A stretch of DNA of 64,000 nucleotides from NCBI GenBank assembly GCA_951406725.2, contig OX597826.1, forward strand, positions 41,540,001 to 41,604,000. The letters run 5' to 3'. Both the position numbers and the translations under genes were made by a program. Below the pieces are notes generated by a model, which saw nothing but the letters and a program-made list of their open reading frames with translations, made no database searches and was not told the origin of the DNA. Position 1 is the stretch's first letter. Each line of letters opens with the position of its first letter. Positions 54,641-64,000 of the stretch are shown one piece after another. The stretch comes from Octopus vulgaris (lineage: Eukaryota).

Positions 54641-54887
54641 ACTGAATGCATAAGAATACCCTACAGTTTCATATATATATATATATATATACATGTTTGT
54701 ATATATATATATTTCTAACTATTAGTATACTTTGGCATATGTTTAATTACTTGAGTAGCGATCTTCTAGGCTTCAAAGATCCCGAACAGATATAATTAAA
54801 TTGAAAATTAGAATTACAAACCATTGATGGAACTGTGAAGATATGTGAAGTATTCAAGAAATGTAGTGGGGATTATGGAGTATGCAT

Positions 54888-54932
<45 letters not shown>

Positions 54933-55296
54933 ACACACACGCACAACACATACTCACACACACACATATGCAGACATAGACATACAATAATGTGTATACA
55001 TGCAAATTTAAAACATGCATATTCACACAATGAATCACATGCATTCATAGACACATATACAAATGTCAATACGAACACGCGCACACATACGTACATGCTT
55101 AGAAAGTTGATGTTGGCTAAATTCCAATGAAACTGCCTTATTTCTGGGTTGGAAACCTGGTCTTTCTTTATTGGTGAAACATTTACAAAGAAATCAGTCA
55201 AACTCACACTTAAACATATACGTACATGCGTTGATAAAAGTATACATATACATGTTGGTATATATATATATATATATACATACATATGCACGTATA

Positions 55297-55458
55297 GGCG
55301 CAGGAGTGGCCTTGTGATAAATAGCCTGCTTACCAACTACATGGCTTCGGGTTCAGTCTCACTGTGTGGCACCTTGGACAAGTGTTTTCTGCTATAGCCT
55401 CGGGCCGACCAAGGCCTTGTGAGTGGATTTGGTAGACGGAAACTGAAAGGAGCCCGTC

Positions 55459-55494
<36 letters not shown>

Positions 55495-55650
55495 GTGTGT
55501 GTGTGTGTGTGTGAGTGTGTTTGTGTGTGCATGCTTGTGTGTGTGTCTGTGTCCCAACATTGCTAACAAGGAAAAAGTCCTGGGGTCGATTTGTTCGACT
55601 AAAGGCGGTGCTCCAGCTTGACCGTAGTAAAATGACTGAAACAAGTAAAA
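55297..55650 (+). mobile_element. SINE family A with internal deletion
   Basis: Matches family A. Confidence 0.85.
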
Positions 55651-56419
55651 TAATATGTATACATATATACATACATATACATACACACATACACATATAT
55701 ATTTATATATACATAAATGTTTATACATATATACATTTATATATATATGTATATATATATACGTAGCATATATATGTAAATATATACATATATATATATA
55801 TGTATATATATACATGTTTGCATATACATAAATACATACACACATACATACATGCATGCATGCATACATACATACATACATACATACATACATACACACA
55901 TGCGTATATACCCACATACATACATACATACATACATACATACATACATACATACATACATACATACATACATACATACATACATACATACATACATACA
56001 TACATACATACATACATACATACATACATACATACATACATACATACATACATACATACATACATACATACATACATACATACATACGTACATTCCTAGA
56101 TAGTTAAATAGATAAACGAAGGTATAAGTGAGATTTCAAATATAGTATATCAGACGAAAATATCAAAGGGGAATTTTAAGAGATCTCCCCACTCTTTCAC
56201 ACACATGCAGCAAACCTTTATGTGGCCACTTGTTTTGTTAGAAATAACTCCCAAATCTCCCTCTATTCACAAACTTCTGCATTGAAAATGTGAAGGAGAC
56301 ATTGAATAACGATGTCCTAAATATGGTGGTCCTGACTGGATCACCTTTGGCCAAAGGTTTACTTAGCCAAAGGTTTACTTTGACCGAAGGTTTACTATAG
56401 CAATAACAACACATATATT

Positions 56420-56653
56420 ACTTATTTCTTTACTACCCACAAGGGGCTAAACACAGGGAGGACAAACAAGGATAGACAAACGGATGAAGTCGATTATATC
56501 GACCCCAGTGCGTAACTGGTACTTATTTAATCGACCCCGAAAGGATGAAAGGCAAAGTCGGCCTCGGCGGAATTTGAACTCAGAACGTAACGGCAGGCGA
56601 AATACCGCAAAGCATTTCGTCCGGCGTGCTAACGTTTCTGCCAGCTCGCCGCC
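56420..56653 (-). mobile_element. SINE family B, full monomer
   Basis: Reverse complement of the first 17316 unit. Confidence 0.9.
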
Positions 56654-56963
56654 TTTATATTACTGTATGCATGAATGTATGTATATAGGTATGTTCTACT
56701 TCTATTTTTAATTTGGAGTAAATTTGACCGGCAGCCTACTATTTGTAGCAAGGCTGTACAGGAAAGTTTCATTTTTAACAATCAACCTTTAAATCTCAAG
56801 TAGGTCTTGTGGATTTTTATTGTCTCAGATATCGTGTTCATTTGCAGGGTATAGATTGAGGATTTTCGTTCTCTCTCCAAGATTCCAAGTTCAGCCATAC
56901 TTCAATCCACACTCGCGTGTATGTAAATGCATATGTAATTGCGTGAGTGTATACATGTGCGTA

Positions 56964-57050
<87 letters not shown>

Positions 57051-57170
57051 ATCAAAATAAACAACAAGAATGTTGCTTATTTTGATTTTAATCAAATTAC
57101 TTTGAAATTGTATGGATAATACCGTACTAAATTCTGGTGCCTCAACTTAAGTACCATCTTCATCTGAACT
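57051..57170 (+). mobile_element. Short 3' fragment of the 34981 family with a terminal foldback
   Basis: ATCAAAATAAACAACA / TGTTGCTTATTTTGAT hairpin; AAATTCTGGTGCCT..AACTTAAGTACCAT shared with 35194-35223. Confidence 0.65.
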
Positions 57171-57189
57171 CATCTATATCTATATGTAT

Positions 57190-57242
<53 letters not shown>

Positions 57243-57294
57243 CACATATGTAATGGTATATATAATATATATATATGCAATTTTGTGTAGATAA

Positions 57295-57326
<32 letters not shown>

Positions 57327-57331
57327 GCATT

Positions 57332-57373
<42 letters not shown>

Positions 57374-57415
57374 AATACACACACATATATGTGCGTGTAT
57401 ATATATATACGTATA

Positions 57416-57491
<76 letters not shown>

Positions 57492-57791
57492 CTGTGTGTG
57501 TATGTGTATGTGTGTGTGAGTGGGTGTGTGAGCGTGTGCGTGTATTTATTATGTAAACTTATAAACATCTAATTAATAAAGTGGAAAAATTATCAAGAAA
57601 GCCATTTCTATTCATTCTTTCAAATACATACATACATACACGTAAACACACACACATATATATATATATTTACACATGTAATTGTATATATAAATATATA
57701 TACAAATGTAATTGTGTGTGTGTATATATATATTTAATTGTGTATACATACATAAATATAATTATATATATATATATATATATGTAATATG

Positions 57792-57824
<33 letters not shown>

Positions 57825-57860
57825 GTGTGTATATATATGTATATATATGTATGTATATAT

Positions 57861-57920
<60 letters not shown>

Positions 57921-58016
57921 ATATGTACGTGTAATATATTCAAAGGTTTGAATGTGTGCAAAGATTGCATTATCCTTAATTTTGTGTGCGTATGCAAATT
58001 GTCTCGCTGTGTGTCC

Positions 58017-58065
<49 letters not shown>

Positions 58066-59326
58066 TAACTATATGTATGTGTGTGTGTCAGTGTGCATGC
58101 ATGAGTACATGTGCATTTATGCATGTGTATTTATATGTGGCAATAGTGTGAAAGTTGCTGGAAATGAAAAGACTTAGAAAGCAAAAACTGAGAACAGACC
58201 GACAGACAGACTGACACATAGATAGACAGTGTATGAGAGATAGAGGGAGAAAGAGAGAGAGAGAGATAGAGAGAGAGAGAGATTGAGAGAGAGAGAAAGA
58301 GAGAGATTGAGAGGGAGTGAAGGTGGGAGCATATCCAAATATAACTGGATAGTATGTGTGTATGCGTATGTATGCTTGTACGTGCATATGTATATATACA
58401 TGAGTGTGTGTGTGTGTGAGTGTGTGAGAAAGAGAGAGAGAGAGAGTGTGTGTGTGAGAGAGAGAAAGAAAGGGAGAAATAGAGATAGAGATATGTAGGG
58501 AGAGAGAAATGCGTTATCACGAAAAGTGACGAAATATTTGCAGATGAAAACGAACGTAACCAACAAGCAAAGAAATAATTACATATACATCCATGCATAC
58601 ACACCTACCTCCCTACACACATTCATACATACATGCACGCATACATACATACATTCATACATACATTCATACATACATACATACACACACATTCATACAT
58701 ACATACATTCATACATACATACATACATACGTGCATGCATACATACATACATACATACATACATGCATACATACATACATACACACATACATACATTCAT
58801 ACATACATACATACATGCATACATACATACATACATACATACATACATACATACATACATGCATACATACATTCATACATACATATAAACATATAAATAC
58901 ATACATACATACATACATAAATATATATATACATATGTATTTAAATGTATATATGTAAATATATATATATGTATGCTAATGTAATTACGCACACAAATAC
59001 ACAGACACAGACTCACACACGCACTCAGATAAATAGATAAGGCAACGAATAAATTGATGTAGCTATATGAAGAAGCAAAAAGAAAAACAAAAAAACAAAA
59101 CATCATAAAAAATCCAACAAATAAGCAATAGTATCAACAACAACAACAGCAACAACAAGAGGACACTCATAAAAAAACGAAAGCTGTGATAGGATCTTCG
59201 CACCTCTCTCTGATGAACGCAACGCAAAGATGGAGAGATTTTTTGGCCAACAGACAAGTGAGATTGTTAACTTATGTAAATAAACAATATTTTATTCTGT
59301 TAAAGATTTGCAGATTTTCGAACGAT

Positions 59327-59408
<82 letters not shown>

Positions 59409-59488
59409 TTCTCTCTAGCTTTTCTCTGTCAGCTTGTCTTGCATCTCTCTAAATGCATCTATATATGTGTTTGTACAATGTGCGTGAG

Positions 59489-59538
<50 letters not shown>

Positions 59539-59574
59539 TGTGTGCGTGCGTCTGTTTGTGTTTGTGTTTGTGTG

Positions 59575-59621
<47 letters not shown>

Positions 59622-59670
59622 GTCTGTCTATCTATCTGTCTGTCTGTCTGTCTGTCTGTATGTCTGTCTG

Positions 59671-59775
<105 letters not shown>

Positions 59776-60054
59776 TCTATATGCACTATATGTCTATACA
59801 TTCATACATACATACATACATACATACATACATACATACATACATACATACATGTATACATACATACAAACATACATACACACATGCACTACGGATACAC
59901 ACACATATCTATAGACATATATACACATATCTATACATAAATATGTTTATGAATATTATATATTTGCATATATATACAATATATATACATCTATATATAT
60001 ACATGTGTATATAAATATACACACACACACACATCAATACACTCACATATATAC

Positions 60055-61550
60055 GCGGTGTCCCAAAAATGCATACACATCTTAGCAGCTGATAACTGAC
60101 TTGTTTTTTTTTTATTTTAAATTGAATCCAATCAAAATAATGAAGAAATTCAGACTAGACTTTACACCAAAAATAGATTTATAAATACAACTGTAAGTTT
60201 GAAAACGTTGTCGAAATGACAGATGCACCTACGTGACTGAATTGAAAATATGTTTGAAGCAGATGAGACTCTTCAGAATGTCTACAAAAATGGTCCAGAA
60301 GACACTGAACATCAATGAGCCTCATAAAGCAAGAATGTCTACTGGAAACGTATTGCCAGATTTCAAGAAAATCTGTGCAGCAAGCGAATCGTATGATAGG
60401 AATTTCAAAATCGAATGTATATTGCATTTTGAAGCGCTGTCATTGGAAAAGTTACATTCCAAGAATAGTCGATGCTTTCAATGAAGATGATAGGAACCGA
60501 TAAGTGGAGTTTGGGGAATTGGAAGCACTCCGTCGGTTACGACGACGAGGGTTCCGGTTGATCCGAATCAACGGAACAGCCTGCTCGTGAAATTAACGTG
60601 TAAGTGGCTGAGCACTCCACAGACACGTGTACCCGTAACGTAGTTCTCGGGGATATTCAGCGTGACACAGAGAGTGACAAGGCCGGCCCATTGAAATACA
60701 GGTACAACAGAAACAGGAAGTAAGAGTGAGAGAAAGTTGTGGTGAAAGAGTACAGCAGGGATCACCACCATCCCCTGCCGGAGCCTCGTGGAGCTTTAGG
60801 TGTTTTCGCTCAATAAACATTCACAACGCCCGGTCTGGGAATCGAAACCGCGATCCTATGACCGCGAGTCCGCTGCCCTAACCACTGGGCCATTGCGCCT
60901 CCAGTTTGGGGAATGGTACTTGACAAGATATGCAGAAGACGTGCAGTTTCCAACAAATGCGTTTGGGATGATGACGGTATATTTCAATTAAACGGCTCAG
61001 TTAACCGCCACATTTGCATCTCCTGGGATCCTCAGAATTCGCACTTTACTACGGGAAGAACATCGTGTTAATTTATCAGGAGTTACAGTGTTGAGCAGTT
61101 CATCATCAAAACGATTGAGCCATTATTTTTTAACGGTCCCATTAATTAGAACTTCTTGCGAAATTCTGCCATCAAGCATTCAAGTGAGCTTTGAAAACGT
61201 GTTTTTTTTTTTAATATTCAGCAAAATGGGACACCCCTACACTTCCATAGTAATGTAACGGCGTTACTTGATGAGCTTTTGCCAAATGAGCGGATTGGGC
61301 GAATAGTTTCAGTAGAATACCGTCTGCGTCCATCGATCTCGTACTGTAGGCACGTTTTATGGGAATATTTTAAAGATAAAATCTGCAAAACAAAACCTGC
61401 AACAGTCAACCAATTGAGGGCTGTTCTTGAACCAGAATGCGCACAAATACAGAGCGAAAGGTTTCTTGATGTCTGCGATTCTATAGTTTCATGCTGGCAA
61501 CCGTTCCTGGAACAAGAAAGTACATTTCAATTAAATAGCTCAGTCTAAAT
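60055..61550 (+). mobile_element. Tc1/mariner-superfamily transposon remnant, interrupted by SINE D
   Basis: TA|CGCGGTGTCCCAAAA terminus; [55 protein letters not shown] motifs with frameshifts. Confidence 0.8.
60520..60902 (-). mobile_element. SINE family D, 12 bp TSD
   Basis: TSD AGTTTGGGGAAT at 60508-60519 and 60903-60914; near-identical to 32896-33287. Confidence 0.92.
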
Positions 61551-61689
61551 GGCTCTGAACAGTAATTTATTAGAAAACACGTTTACAGAAAAATTAAATT
61601 CAGTTTGTAGAATCCACTATATTTTTAAAATGTAATGTATTTTAATAAGCACTGACTTTATAACCATCCAATATGCTTACACACACGCA

Positions 61690-62450
61690 TTTTTTTCGTT
61701 CATTTTGATAATTTCAGGGCAATATGTTTCTGCAATGATAGTTTTTCCGGGTTTTAAGAAGTTATACTGGATGAGTCCAGCAGTACACCACCACAACCAC
61801 ACGCCAAAAAAAAAAAAAATCACCGTAACATTCTTTTTGAAGAGCTCGGGTTTAGAGGTTTTCGGTACTTCATTTTAGTTCAACCACTCCGAAGAACGTT
61901 TTTTATTATTGTACAGAATCTGCTTTTCATCGCAAGTTACAATACAGTCGAGAAATGGATCGTTGTGGTTGCGGAGAAGAAGCGACAAGCAAATTTCATA
62001 TCTGCACATTTTCTGATTTTCATTCAAATCGTGTGGTAGCCATTTGTCAAGCTGTTTTGATTTTCCGATGGCATGCAAATGGTTTCAGCCGGTTTTCTGA
62101 TTAAACTTGAAGTTTAGCCAGTTCTCGAGTGGTTTTACGTGGATCTTTCTCAATGACGGTCTTTAATTGACCGTCATCGATGACAAATGGGCGTCCCCTA
62201 CGCTCCCGATCTTCAAGGTTCAGTTCTCCACTGCGAAATCGTTTAAACTATTTTCGAGCCGACCACTCACTGGCCATTTCGTAACCAAACATTTCGTGAT
62301 ATCGCGAGCAGATTCAGCTGCTTTACGTCCTTTTTTAAAGTTGAATAGTAAAATTGCTCGAATATCACATTTTGACAGTTCCATTTCAGATGATTGTAGC
62401 AACGGTGAAAAAAATATCAAAATCTGCAAAATCCCAAATTTTATTTAATT
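61690..62450 (-). mobile_element. mariner transposase pseudogene (N-terminal two thirds)
   Basis: DIRAILLFNFKKGRKAAESARDI HTH, KWLPHDL (WVPHEL motif), FLDCIVTCDEKQILYNN (first catalytic D), frameshifted. Confidence 0.9.
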
Positions 62451-62682
62451 TGCTCTGCGGGGGCAACTGTTTTATCAAAAGCGTATATTGTTGTTAAATG
62501 CTCGAAATACGAGACGAGAAAAACAGCCAACAACTGATGAAGGGTCGTTCTTTCTTTCTGTTGTTTGTTTTGTGTTCTATTTGTGTCTTTCGTTCTTAGA
62601 TAGAATAGTTTATGTTCCATGTACTTGTGCTTCGTATTTTATTTTTTGTCGTACACGTTACATGACGTCCTGTGCCCACATA

Positions 62683-62685
<3 letters not shown>

Positions 62686-62761
<76 letters not shown>

Positions 62762-62908
62762 ATATATATATACATATATACGTATAGATGTATGTATATA
62801 CACGTGCGTATATATGCATACATATATTATATTATTATATGATTGAACGCCACGCGTCCTCTTCCAAGTAAGTTTTATCTTACACACACAAACACACACA
62901 CATACATA

Positions 62909-62970
<62 letters not shown>

Positions 62971-63150
62971 TATGTGTGTGTATATACGTACATATATACA
63001 TATGTGTATATATATACTTATATATGTATATATATATACACATATATATATATATAAATATATATGAATATATATATATATATGTATATATATGTATATA
63101 TATATATGTATATATATGTATATATATATATGTATATATATATATGTATA

Positions 63151-63182
<32 letters not shown>

Positions 63183-63284
63183 AATACATATATAATGATA
63201 TATACATGTATATATGTATACATATATATGCATACATATATACACACACACACACACGTGTGCGTGTATACATATATGCGTACA

Positions 63285-63322
<38 letters not shown>
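62686..63322. repeat. (TA)n-rich compound microsatellite block
   Basis: Direct reading. Confidence 0.9.
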
Positions 63323-63851
63323 TAGGCTAAGGAGAGAACAAGACCGGTATTGTTGTGTGTGAGAAAGATTGTAACATTTCAAACGCTGCAGAAATGAAGA
63401 GTGAAAATGACATAAATATCAGATCAAAGATGGCGATGACAGAGAAATGTATGGAAGGCAAGTATGGACTATTTAGAAATATTTTTCGTTGGCTAGATTA
63501 TTAGAAGTTCAAGGTTATCCATGGACAGATCTACGTCTATGTTCGTTGGTAAACTATCTTCTGTATGTATGTATGTATGAATCTATGTATGTATGTATGT
63601 ATGTATGTATGTATGTATGTATGTATGTATGTATGTATGTGTGTATATCTAGGTGTGTGTGTATGTATGTATATATAATCATATGTATATATATATATTA
63701 TATATATGAACGCATACATAATCTTATACACTCAAACACTATACAGTCATGTAGTGTGATATATGCATATGTGCACTATCTCTCTCTATCTCTCTCTCTA
63801 TCTATCTATCTGTATATATTTATACATATATATGTATGTATATATATTTAC

Positions 63852-63888
<37 letters not shown>

Positions 63889-64000
63889 TAACCGATGACG
63901 AAACAGTGACTCATGCGGCCCTCTTTTGAAAAAAGATGCGTATACTTATTCTTGATGGCTGTTATCACTGCTAGAAATACAACTCAAAACTCCTTTAAAA

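Noticed and set aside
62534-62545. CTGATGA cores at 62534, 41510 and 59210, and CTGAGGA on - near 45090
   Set aside because: No properly placed stem II plus GAAA and UH downstream

Overview
Eukaryotic, AT-rich and extremely microsatellite-dense genomic DNA. The SINE repertoire and repeat style suggest an octopod/coleoid cephalopod (inference). Almost all ORFs in the supplied track are translations of (TA)n, (CA)n, (TATC)n, (TACA)n, (AAT)n and (CCA)n repeats. Real content: (1) two candidate minus-strand, phase-0 first coding exons (467-366 and 12423/12393-12112) of a gene that continues off the left edge, with a CCAAT/MEF2 promoter at about 13.25 kb; (2) many tRNA-derived SINEs of at least four types; (3) decayed retroelements (R4/Dong-clade, RTE-clade with C2H2 fingers, L1/Tx1-like 3' ends) and DNA transposons (mariner, two Tc1/mariner-type, a hAT-type MITE); (4) two local duplications. 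The most interesting layer is a set of short non-autonomous elements sitting in or next to microsatellites. They have long inverted or foldback termini and carry minimal type I hammerhead ribozyme motifs with palindromic stem III, the architecture known from Penelope-like elements and retrozymes. One of them fuses a tRNA-like Pol III head to a hammerhead.
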